A program made the translations under genes and the position numbers. Positions 10,826 through 22,900 of a DNA stretch of 64,000 nucleotides are shown here, piece after piece. Below the pieces are notes generated by a model, which was not told where the DNA came from, searched no databases, and saw nothing but the letters and a program-made list of their open reading frames with translations. The stretch comes from Hemiscyllium ocellatum (Eukaryota). The stretch lies in contig NC_083412.1 of assembly GCF_020745735.1 (NCBI RefSeq), positions 66,554,320-66,618,319 of the forward strand, given 5' to 3'. Each line of letters opens with the position of its first letter. The first letter of the stretch is position 1.

Positions 10826-10953
10826 TCAGTTTCTGTTTTTAAATGCAACAATCAGAATAATCATTAAGAGGATGATAAACCCAAATATTCCTGCAGCTGC
10901 GACCAATCCAATACGTTGCCGAGTCCTTGGAATTTCATTGTGAGTTCCTGGGT
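10826..10953 (-). CDS. HHLA2: HHLA2-like exon: stalk, TM and 4-aa tail
   Basis: Acceptor TTCAAATTTCAG|; DPGTHNEIPRTRQR-IGLVAAAGIFGFIILLMIILIVAF-KNRN*; too short for the ORF track. Confidence 0.8.
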
Positions 10954-13900
10954 CTGAAATTTGAACAAAGTGAACCTTATCAAACTTCATATAATTCACA
11001 CATAAAATATATTTGTAAATTTAAAACTAGACATAAACATAAACAGAGAATTTAAATAAAAATTCAACTGCAAATGTTGGAAATATAATGAAAATGGAAA
11101 CTAAGTTAGGTGAGGTGATCATTGCATTAATGATATAGAAGTAACTAAAGAACGGTTAACATATCCCACCACTAATATTGCTGCGTGGTGGAAATGTCAC
11201 TGGTGTAATAATTTAGACCTTGGGCTTATGCTCTGGGTTTATGGGTTCAAAACATGTTGTGGCAGCTGATGGAATTTAAATTAAGTTAATGAAAATGAAA
11301 TCTGGATTGAAAGCTAATGATGGTGCATTTAACTATTGTTGATTGTTGTAAAAACCTATCTAGTTCATTAATACCCCTTAGGAAAGGAAATCTGTTGTCC
11401 TTATTTGGTTTGGCCTAAATGTGCCTCCTGACCCACAATGATGTGGTTGGCTTTAATTGCCCTTTGATAGCCTAATAATCCACACTGTTTAAGAGCAATT
11501 AGAGATGGGCAACAGATACTGGTCATGGCAGAGACATCCATATCCCAAATAAAGAATAAAATAAGTCAATAAAGTTGGTAAAATGTTAGACCAAATAACC
11601 ATGGGAAGCAATACATGTGTAAAGTATATCTTTGAGTACTGTGATCAGTTCTGTCCTGTGAGGAACATTCACATACTAAAACAATGAAGACAAGACTTTG
11701 AGGGTGATTTCAAGACTGCTGATTTCCCTTTCCTTGATATTAATCCAGATGGCAATATTTGTTATCAGAATCAAAGAAACGATCTCTCTAACACAATTGA
11801 CTGAGAGATGATCTTAATACATGAAATGATATAAAAAAGATAATTCTGGAAAATAATTTCAAACTGAATTGTGAGAGTAAAACTAGGATAACGATGTGAC
11901 AATTGAGTAAAAAGCTCTTTTAGGGCAAAGATCAGAATATTCTTCAAATGCCCCTGTAGTGGGCAATGAATACATAGAATAGAAGATTGATATAATTATC
12001 ATCAATTATAAACCTTTAATTAAACAATATTTATCTGATTATATAATTACATAACACATGGACCTTAACATCAACAAGACGTTGTTTATAATGGTTTCCT
12101 GCAAATTGACAGCATATAATAAAATGCACGATAAAGCGCTTTGTGAAAATATAGGGCAGGAATTTAGTTGTCAAAATATTCTCACTAGGATATCTGGCCT
12201 TATCTGTATGTATCTCCTAGTTTACTGAACACACTATAATACTGTAAAAAGAGTATTTATAACAGCACTATGTGATTGTATATGTGTCCATCAGAGGGTG
12301 CTGATCAAAAGGTTATACTTTTCAATTTTAAAAATTCTTGATGAATGCTATATTTTGAGTCAAAAATATAAGAATAATGGTTACATATGAACATGTTATT
12401 AAATTTCTTCACCTTTATTTTAACAAAAGCGCTGAACCATTTTAAATGAATAGAGATAGTTTTGGCCAAGTTTTTGGTTGTTTGCCTTGCTCTCATATAT
12501 TTGAATTTTTTGCTCTTCCACTTATTTTTCATTTTATATTGTTCCTGTGAATCACTTCGGAATGTTTTACTAAGCTAAATACAGGTTTTTTTAAAAAGAA
12601 GTTTCTTTATTGCCTGTATGACAAATTTTACCCCTATATATTTCATTGGTTTAAGAATATGTTAACTCTTTAGAGTCCAGATTGAGGATTAAATATTTTC
12701 AGTCTTAAATATGGACAACCTTACTATGACACCATGTTCAAAACTAAATTTAAAGTATAAAGATAAAATCTAAGCTTTGAAGTACTTTCACATTCAATTG
12801 TGAATATTGGTGGACAATTAAACAATTAACTGGAAGAGGAGGCAACTCCACAAATATCCCCACCATCACTGGATAGGGAAGCCCAGCAACATCAGTGCTA
12901 AAGACAAAGCTTGTATGCATCCTCAGCTAGACGTGCCAAATGGAAGATCCATCTCAGCTTTCTCCTCAAGTCCCTAGCATCACAGATGTCAGTCCAGCCA
13001 ATCTGATGATCTTCCACATGATATCAAGAAGAGGCTGAAGGCACTGGGTACTGCAAAGGTTATGGCCCTAATAATGTTCCACCATTGGACTGAAAACTTT
13101 GCTTCAGATTTGCTGTACCAGTGGCCAAGCTCTTCCATTATGGACACAAAACTGGCATCTACCCGACACTGTAGAAAATTGTCCAGGTGTATCCTGTCTA
13201 CAAATAATAGGGCAACTCCAACCCAGCCAATTACCATCCTTTCAGTTTACTCTCAATCATCACCAAAGTGAAGGAAGGGGTCATTGACAGTGCTGTCAAG
13301 CAGCACTTGACCAGCAACAACCTGCCCACTCATGCTTAGTGTGGGTTCCAGCAGGGCCACACAATTCATGACCTCAGAACAGCTTTGGTCCAAACATGGA
13401 CTAAAGAGATGAATTCCAGACGTGAGGTGAGAGTGTCTGCCCTTGGCATCAAGACAGCATTTGACTCAGTGCGGTATGAGAGAGTGGTAGAAAACTAGAA
13501 TCAACGGGATTCTCCGCTAGCTGGAATCAATCCAAGTCAAAAGAAAACTGTGGTTGCAAATTGACCATCACAGTCTCAGGACATTACTGCAGGAATTACT
13601 CATGGCTGTGTCTTAGGCCCAGCCAGATCTTTTCTCAATAACATTCACTTTATCATAACATAGAAGTTGAGATGAGCACTGATGATTGCACAATGTTCAG
13701 CACTATTATCAATTCCACAGATACTCAAGCAATCTGCACATGGACCTGGACAACATCACAGGTTTGGATGATAAGTGGCAAGGAACATTCATGCTACACA
13801 AGTGCTACTTTTAACATCCTGGGGGGATAAACTGGTCCGACAATGCAAGTATTTGGTGACAAAAGCAGATCACAGGCTAAGAAATCTGGGGCAGTTCATG

Positions 13901-16900
13901 CCCCTGCTTATCTCCCCAGTGCTTGCCTACCATCTACAAAGCAATACAGTCTACTTGCTTGCGTGTGTCCAACTCCAACAACACTCAGGAAGCTCAATAC
14001 CATCTAAGACAAAGCAACTTGCTCAAGAGTCACCCATTCACCGCAGTTGCCTACCACCTACAAGAGGCAATTCACCTAGGCTGCATCAACAGCACTTTCC
14101 AAATCTGCAACCTCAGCTACTGAGAAGGACATGGCCAGCAGATGCATGGGAACACCATAAACTGCAGCTTCCACTCCAAATAACTCACCCATTCTAACTT
14201 GGAACTATGAGACAGAGTAAAAGAAAGAGATGGACAACTTAATGGTATGCTGTAGAGGCAAGAATCTCTCCTCAAAGTCAGCAAAATGAAGGAGATAGAC
14301 ATTGACTTCAAAAAAGAGACAAGATTAGAGTGGTGCTGGAAATGCTCAGCAGATCAGGCAGCATCTGAGGAGCAGGAAAATCGATGTTGCGGGCAGGAGC
14401 CCTTAGGAAACTCCTGCTCGAAACGTCGATTTTCCTGTTCCTCCGATACTGCCTGACCTACTGAGCATTTCCAGCACCACTCTAATCTTGATTCTAATCT
14501 CTAGCATCTGCAGTCCTCACTTTCACCTATCGATTTCAGGAAGTGGAGTGTAAGACACACCTGTGACTGTATCAGTGATGCTGAGATGGAGGTAGTCGAG
14601 AGCTTCAAGTTCCTACAAGTAAATATCATCAATGGTTTATTCTAATCAATCCATGTCAATGCTACAGTGAAGGCAGCACATCAATGTCTTTACATCCTTA
14701 AAAGCTGAAGGAAATTTGGTATGTCCACAATGATTTTTATCAATTTTTATAAATGCACCATAGAAGGCATCTATCCAGATGCATCAAAGCTTGATTTGGC
14801 AATTGCTCTGCCAGGACTGAAAAACTATTCCAGAGAGTTGTGAACACAGCCAAATCCATCATGAAAACCAGCCTTCCTTCTATTGACTCCATCTACATTT
14901 CCCGCTGCCTCGGAAAGCAACCAACATAGTCAAAAACCCATCCCACCCTCATTATATCAGACAGAGATACAAACATTTGAAAACAGCACCCATAGATTTA
15001 AGAACAGCGCCTTATCTGTTGTTATCACACTTATGAATGGACCCCTTATATATTAGAGTTGACCTTTCTCTGCACCGTCTCTGCAGCTCTAACACTATAT
15101 CTGCATTCTGTTCTGTTACCCTGATGTATTTATGTAAAGTATGATTGGTCTGATTAGCACACAAAACAGTACTTTTCACTGTACCTTTGTTCATACGACA
15201 ATAATAATTCAAATCAACAACCACATTGAGGTCTTACTTTTTTTGGCTAAATGTCAGATTTGTCCAGTCTCACAGGGTTTCTGTCGATGGGGTCCAGTGA
15301 GATGTCTTGCTGTATCTTATTAAAGTTACCTCATTAACTGTCTACCCTGGCCTAGTGTTATCCCACTCACCTAATTCTAGCCCAATTCAACCACCTGCAG
15401 CAGCGGATATCTGCTGCAAGTCCAGCATCTTTGACACCATACCATTCTTAAAAGGCTGCTGTGCACCCAGACAGGCATTGGTCATCATGCCTTGCCTCTT
15501 ACCGGCAAGTAATATCACAGCAGCTACAAAGCCATGCTACTCAAAGGGAAGCCATGGCCAGTGATATTACCACTGGACTACTAATCCAGAAACTTAGATA
15601 AGGGTTTTGGGGATCCGGATTCAAATCCTGACATGACAGGTGGTGAAATTTGAACTAATTTAAAAGAATTTGGGATTAAGTGTCTAATGATGACTATGAA
15701 ACCACTGTTAATTGTTGAGGAAACCTCCTTTAGGAAAGGAAACTACCATCCTTATCTGGTCTGGTCTACATGTGATTCCAGACCGACAGTGATGGGCAGT
15801 TAGGTATGGGCAATTAATGCTGAGTTATCCACTAATGCCCACATCCCGTGAGTGAATAAAACAAGTTTCCCTCACCCATAAGATCCCATTCTCTCATCCT
15901 GGTGTAATTTGACCAGCAGGCAATTTTGTTTTAATTGCCTTTATCTATGTTTAGTCACCTTACCCTGCCATCAGCACCCATTGTCCACCCACATCTTGTC
16001 ATTATCCAACAGGAGAACATCACATACAGAAACCAGTTGAATAAATCCAAAGTGATCTTTAATGTGCAAAAGCGAACATAAACAAAATGAACGGAGGCTG
16101 CTGGTCATCCCCACAATGCAAACCAAATGGAGTTGATGACTAACAAATTCCATGATGGTCTGCTGCATCTAGCTCTCATTTCCTGAAACTGAGTGACAGT
16201 CAGGCCCTGTCTGTCTTGTAGTGCCTGAAACAACTTAACTGTATCATGCACAAGGACAGCTTCCTCCTCCCCAGTGTCCTTATCCTTCTCCTAAGAAGAC
16301 TGCTCCCATACTCTCAGTTCCATATCATTCAATCGTATGGAGCATTGCACACCAGGAGGTGTGAGACAATCTTTCTGGACTATCCCAAAGGACCCTTTGC
16401 CCAGACCACTCCAAGTAGCAGAACCACGTCTTTAGCAGCCCCTATCGTCTGCTCTACCATTGCCCTGGTCAAACCATGGATAACATTTTCTCTGTGCTTT
16501 TCTTCATTTGGGGGCCATACAATGCTGTCAAGAACAATGATCACAGTGAGTAGCTCTTGTTCCCCAGTAATCTGCCTTGTAAGGCTGCTGGATGCCCAAG
16601 TGCAACAGGCCCCTGAGAGTGCTCCATGATGTAGGAGATATGGCAGCTGCCAGGATGGTACACCTCCAGGAAATGGTGGTGGTAGTCTCAGAGTCACCAG
16701 AACCTCAATGGGATGGTTACCCTTCCTGTTGATAAATTTCTCAGTGTTGTGATATGGCCATCTCAGTGTCATGTGCGAATAGTCAATGGCACCCTGCACC
16801 TGGAGGGGGGCAGGTCTGTTCCTGAATCCTACTGCCTGGGCTGCAGCACTGACCTCAGCAATGGAAAACAAAATGTACCTTGCACAGATGATATTGGTCT

Positions 16901-19900
16901 GTCCTGATACATTTGTGGGAACATGACTAAGAGATTCTACACAGCTACCTATTGCTCCCAGAAGGTTTAATGCAGCTGCTACATTCACAGTCACAATGAG
17001 AGGATGATCCTTTATTTCTGTAGCACTTGTCCCACTCCAACATCTGTCATCATTCCATCACAGTGTTTTGGGACAGAGGGAGTCTGCATTGACACTGCGT
17101 TTTGTTCATCCCAAGGAAGTGAAATTGGGGGGTGAGAAACTTGGGAGCTTCTCTTTAGCACTCTAAGTCTTTGGCACTTTGAGAGTCCCTTTGACTGTGA
17201 CCTATCCCTGAGTGGGGTGCTCCTCACCCTCCATTGGGACCTGCTTCTGCTCCTGGACTTGTCGGTGGCCTTGGTCTTGTTGCATTTGTTTTCACTTTTT
17301 TTAGGAAGGCAGCCACAGAGATCAACATTCCATCAGCACTGAGCACATGCCATTTGATGGAAATGACTAAAATAGGGAACATAAGAAACAAAGCAGTTTC
17401 TGCATAGCCTGCAGATGAGAACTGCACACACTCCTCCACACAGTGAGACATGCTACACCCTGATAACAAGGGCAATGTCTCCATCATTCTTTCTGCTTTA
17501 GCCTCAAAATAAGCATCAACTTGAAAAAGGTAATGCACTAACTGAGTAACCAATACATCACATCGAAAGGCAAGTGCTTTGATATTGTGTCAAAACTTTT
17601 CAGCTTATACTTATCAGGACATTTTACAAGAATACTAATTAAAGGGAAGAACCAACATTAATATTTGTGAGAGGAGAGTGCTGATTTTTTGACACATGGT
17701 CTCTGATTTATAGAGATGTTGCCATGGAGTATGAACCAATTAATGACAATGAACTTGCTTTGTTTAAATTTTGAACCAGTCAGATTTAAACTTTAATCAA
17801 GTTATTGCCCTGAGAAATGAGCCAGTCAAAACTGTCAACTCTGTAAGTTGAAACAGAGATGGTGAGTGTGCATGTTCTTTCTACAGGTAGTTCTCCCATA
17901 ATGCCATGGTTGCGTTCTAGCGAAACCTTGCTTAATAGAAAATCACTTAATATAAATAATGGGACATATGGGGTTGGGACAGACCAGCAAACAAAAATGC
18001 TCACAATAGCTCAAAAATCACCCAAAAGTCTAACACAAAGTGTGGCACATCCTTAATGAAGATTTAATTCATATTTATCAATGAAATAAAAGTAAATTTA
18101 ACACAGTACATTTAAAAGTAGTGTTAATGCAGGGACAGAAGGTCATCATGGTGCATAAGATAAACTCCGTCATCCCTATTAAGTGAGCTATATTATATGT
18201 TCTCTCCTTACGTTCAAAACTCTTTATAACAGCTAGCCTCTCTTCCAGTGTTTCAGCCTTTCTTTTGTGATCAGCATCTGCAATTTTATCACCAAGATGC
18301 TTCTTGCTAACATTCTTGTCACTGTGCCCCTCAATGATTTTATAGAAAGAGATAATCTAGGAGTAGTGTACCTTTCACATGTGTACATTTCAATGTAACT
18401 CTCTCAGAAAGCTGCTCTGTCAGCAGCTGACATCAGTGCATGTGCAGAATAGCACAAAGATCAGCACTGACATTGGCGCATGCGCAGAATGAAGCACATG
18501 AAAAGATCACCATTGGAATCATGCTATTGCAAACAGAGGTATGTATTCTTGAAAATACCATCCCTTAATTCCTCAGTGAAGTTATAAGCAAATCACGCTG
18601 CCAGAATGCACATTAGCTAAAGATGCCAATAGTCCTTTATTACTAAAGAGATTGAGTTTATAAGCAGGCAAGTTATGCTGCAACTGCATAGCATGATGGT
18701 GAGGCCACACCTGGAGTACTGCACCCAGTTTTGGTCCCCTTACTTGAGAAAAGATGTACCAGCACTAGAGGGAGTGCAAAGAAGGTTCACTAGATTGATT
18801 CCAGGGTTGAGAGGGTTGGTTTATGAGGAGAGACTGAGGAGACTGGGATTATATTCATTGGAATTTAGAAGAAATGAGGGGGGAATCTTATCAAAACATA
18901 TCAAATTATGAAGGGAATAGATAAGATAGATGTAGAGAGGGTGTTTCCACTGGCGGATGAAACTGGGACAAGAAGGCACAGCCTCAAAATTAAGTGAAGC
19001 AGATTTAGGACTGAATTGAGAAGGAACTTCTTCACTCAAAGGGTTGTGAATCTGTGGAATTCCCTGATTAGTGAAGTAGTTGAAACTATTTCAGTAAATT
19101 TTCCTAAAACTAAGATAGTTTTTTTTAACAATAAAGGAATTAAGGGTTAGGGTGAAAGGTCAGATAAGTGGAGCTGAGGCCATGAAAAGACCAGCCATAA
19201 TCTTATTGAATGGTGGAGCAAGATCGAGGGGCCAGATGGCGTACTCCTGCTCCGGGTTCCTATGTTCTTACGTTCACCCTCATGTATCAGTATCTCTATA
19301 ACATCTTGCAGCCTTGTAAAATTCCTTCCATCTTCCTCATTCCTCTGATACTGGCCTCTTGTTCATCTCCTTCCCCATTCCATTAGAAACAAATTTCTGG
19401 AATTTCTTAAATCCTTCTCTTTATTGATTGTCCACTTATTCTTTCAGGCCTTTCTTAAAATCCTCAATTTAGACCAAACGACTTGTCACTTCTTCTTTAG
19501 TTTGGCACTTGTTGCCATTTGAAGTGGGAGTTTTGCATTTTTCTTGTTAAATATTTGTTATTATTGAATCATGAAGTCTGCACTGTCAAGTCAACTGAAA
19601 GTTATTTGTAAGGGATGAAAGTTTGTTCATTGTTGCAATAATGGATGTGCAACCCAGCCTTCTGAAAATTGATCTTAATTTTGTTCTCGCTTTAAGAAAT
19701 ATGCATGTAAAAGAAAGGGATCTTGTTACCAACTATCATGTTTAAATCATTTTTCCAGTAGAATTTCCCCACAAATTAAATTGAAAATATCACTCCATTC
19801 ATTCATCTGTCTGAACATATTGTTTAATTTTCATTGTATCTAGTTTAATTTTTTTTTGGTTTTACATCCTGTCCAATAATTATATTTTACATTATAATAG

Positions 19901-22900
19901 CACCTGGCAGTAGATGTTGTTTGGCCTGTTTGTCTGGTATTGTGATCCAATATTACATGAGCTAAAATTGCACGAAAATCATGTTTAAAGAATCTGCCAG
20001 GGCACTAGCTGTAAATTTAATATGCAACGATATACAAAGCACTACATTCTCTCCAATGGAAGTCAGATTGGAGGTCTCCTTTTATTTTCGACCCAACATC
20101 TGTCAATGCTGCTTCATTTTTCTCTTTCCTCTATATATACTTTGGGGACTTAATATTCAGTTTGGAGGTTGCTCAGGAGATAACGAAATAGTTTTGCTTC
20201 TGAGTTCATTTATCTCTTACTATGAATGTGACAGCTCTCATTAAAAATAGATTTAGACAGTAAGTGAACAATCAGAGACAAGTCCAAGATGGAGATTCAG
20301 ATACTGTGAGTTGGTGACTGGTCTCGAAGGCCTTGCACCTTTTATGAATTGCCAGAAGGATTGGGAGACCTACAGTTCTTTGACCCTTTCTCAATGTAAT
20401 GCTTTGCCCAATCAGAAATTATTTGACAACTAATCAGCACCCTTCTCAGTTGTAATATAAACAGTTATGATTGTTTAAAGTTTGGCATCCTTACATTTGT
20501 CCTAATTAGCACAAGGTGAAAACAAGAGATGGTGACATTTAACACATGCTTCTCTTCTGAGCAATATTCAGATATATTTGTCATCTAATTCAAACCTAAT
20601 TCAGGATTATATAAATATCATAAGATGGAGGCAAGTAATGATGAAGGCTTGGAAACCAAATATTAGCAAAAATAATTCTAACAATTATATTCATTTCATA
20701 CAAACAAGTAAAAAAATCCATTCAGGCAGAAGTGAGTACTGCAGATGTTGGGGATTAGAGGAGTGATGAAGGGCTTTTGCCCGAAACGTTGGTTTTCCTG
20801 TTCCTCAGATGCTGCCTGACCTGCTGTGTTTTTCCCATCTTGAAAAAAACCCATTCAGTCTGGTTCCTTGCAAAGATCCAAGAAATTACCCCTCTTCCAT
20901 TTCCTCTTCTTCAAATCACTCAACAACACTAGTACAGTGACAACTTAAAGATCTGAAAGGCAAGAATGTTTAATTTGGCCTTCCATCCTTTTTAGGAGGG
21001 AATTGGGTTCAAATGTAGCACAGACATAAGAAGAAGGACTTTCTCAATCTGTCACTTGTAATGCTCATATTCAAAATGAATTTAGTAAATTCAAAATGTT
21101 AGTAATCTCAACACAGTTCCAGGAATGTCCAACTCTGTGGCTAACAACTGTTAGTACTATGATCCAGAATACTAAAAGAAGCAATAAGAAATTGCAATTT
21201 TTTTTTAACATGGAGCTTGCATATTACAAAACACAGGTGAGTTAATTGAATCAAATATTATAATATAATTCGATCTGTAACCATAAAATATTGATAGCTT
21301 ACCTATCCTTAGAATGTAGGTGAACACTTTCATTGCATCTTTGGTGCTGATTTCACAGGTATATTCTCCCTCATTAAGTGGAGTTACATTTTGCAGTTCA
21401 AGGGATGAAAGTTTCTCAATATTTGACATTCCAGATTGGGTTGTCAAACAGTTTGTATGTACATTGCCATATTGCTGCGTTGACTCACAAATCTCTAATG
21501 AAGGAGATGTTTCTGTTTTTCTAAATCTCCATTTAATTATGACATTTTGATCATCATTGATGAAATCATCACAAGTAATTACAATAGTTTCACTCTCGGT
21601 TCTGTTCAATCTGCCTTAAAAAGCAAACAAACATAATGTCATTTTACATCTTACCATTTTTTATACTCCAAAAATTGAAGAATTTGTTATGTAATGGTTC
21701 AGAATAATTGTGCCATAACATTAGGGCAGCACTTTCCTGCACATTGCAGATGCAATTACAATGATGCAAGAGTTGCAGTCTTGTATCTGCATACTGTACT
21801 GTTAAAAAAAAATTCAAACAAGTGGTATAGCAAACAATTTACAAGTTAGAAGGGAAAAGGTAACAAGGAAATAGCACAGTTCCAGCAACAGTAATTGGTT
21901 CCCTTAGTGATAAAGCCGGAAGCCTTCCATTAAAGGCTGCAATTCTTGCGTCTCTATGATTCCAACAGAGTGTGGGCCAAGGTATATGGGCAACAGTTCC
22001 TAACATCTTTTTTTAAATGTATTCTTTCATGGGATCTTGGTAGCACTAACAAGATCAGCATTTGTTACCTATTCTTAATTGCACTTGAACTGAGTGACTG
22101 GCTGTGTCATTTCAAAGTCAACCACATTGCTGTGCATCTGGAGTCGGTTAGGTAAGACCAGATAAGGATGTCAGATTTTCTTCCCTATTGGGAACCATTT
22201 GATTATAGCAACAGCAAGTGATTATAGTTTCATCGTCTACATTCCTAAGAACTGGCTTTCAATTCCAGATTGATTGATTAAATTTAAATTCCACCAACTA
22301 CCATGGTGATGTTTGAACCTGTGTCCCAGAACATTTACCTGGCCTCAGGATTATTAGGACCAATCACATCGTCACTGCACCACTGTCGTCTCAAGGTCAC
22401 ACCTTGTTGTAAAACATTCAGGAAACAAAGAAAGGAGGGATAAATGCCAAATAAGGCAAAATGGCTGATCTTACCCATGCAAAATGCACTACGTCTGACT
22501 CAAACAAAGCTGTTATGTTTGGCTTTTGAGAATTTAGATGTTGTGTGTGTTCGTTGTGCATTGATATTGGAACATGCTCAAATCACGTTAGGAAGTAAAT
22601 TTACTGCTATGGGCCTTAAAGGCTTCCAGGAACTTAAAGGTACACTAATCCTTTGAAAATGCATTAAAATGTTTGATAGCAATGTAAGGAATATGAGAGT
22701 CCTCTGCATCAATGTTGATAATATTATGTCTTGCTATAGGATGTGAATCCATTGGAGAATTGGAGGACGTACCATTTATTTCTATATCTGCATGGTGTGC
22801 AGAGTATTACAGGAAGTGCTAAGACAACAATGACAAGAGGAAGTGAAGACATTACACAGGTATTCCAGCCACTTTATATTCTTTGACACCTCAAGTTCAG

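Noticed and set aside
18420-18500. GCGCATGCGC (NRF1-like) motif in two short imperfect repeats
   Set aside because: Isolated motif in probable repeat-derived intronic DNA with no other promoter evidence
10954-21302. A possible second IgC exon (would make the gene CD276-like, VCVC)
   Set aside because: No Ig-like frame with splice sites seen by eye or in the ORF track; the interval is mostly repeats. Not formally excluded
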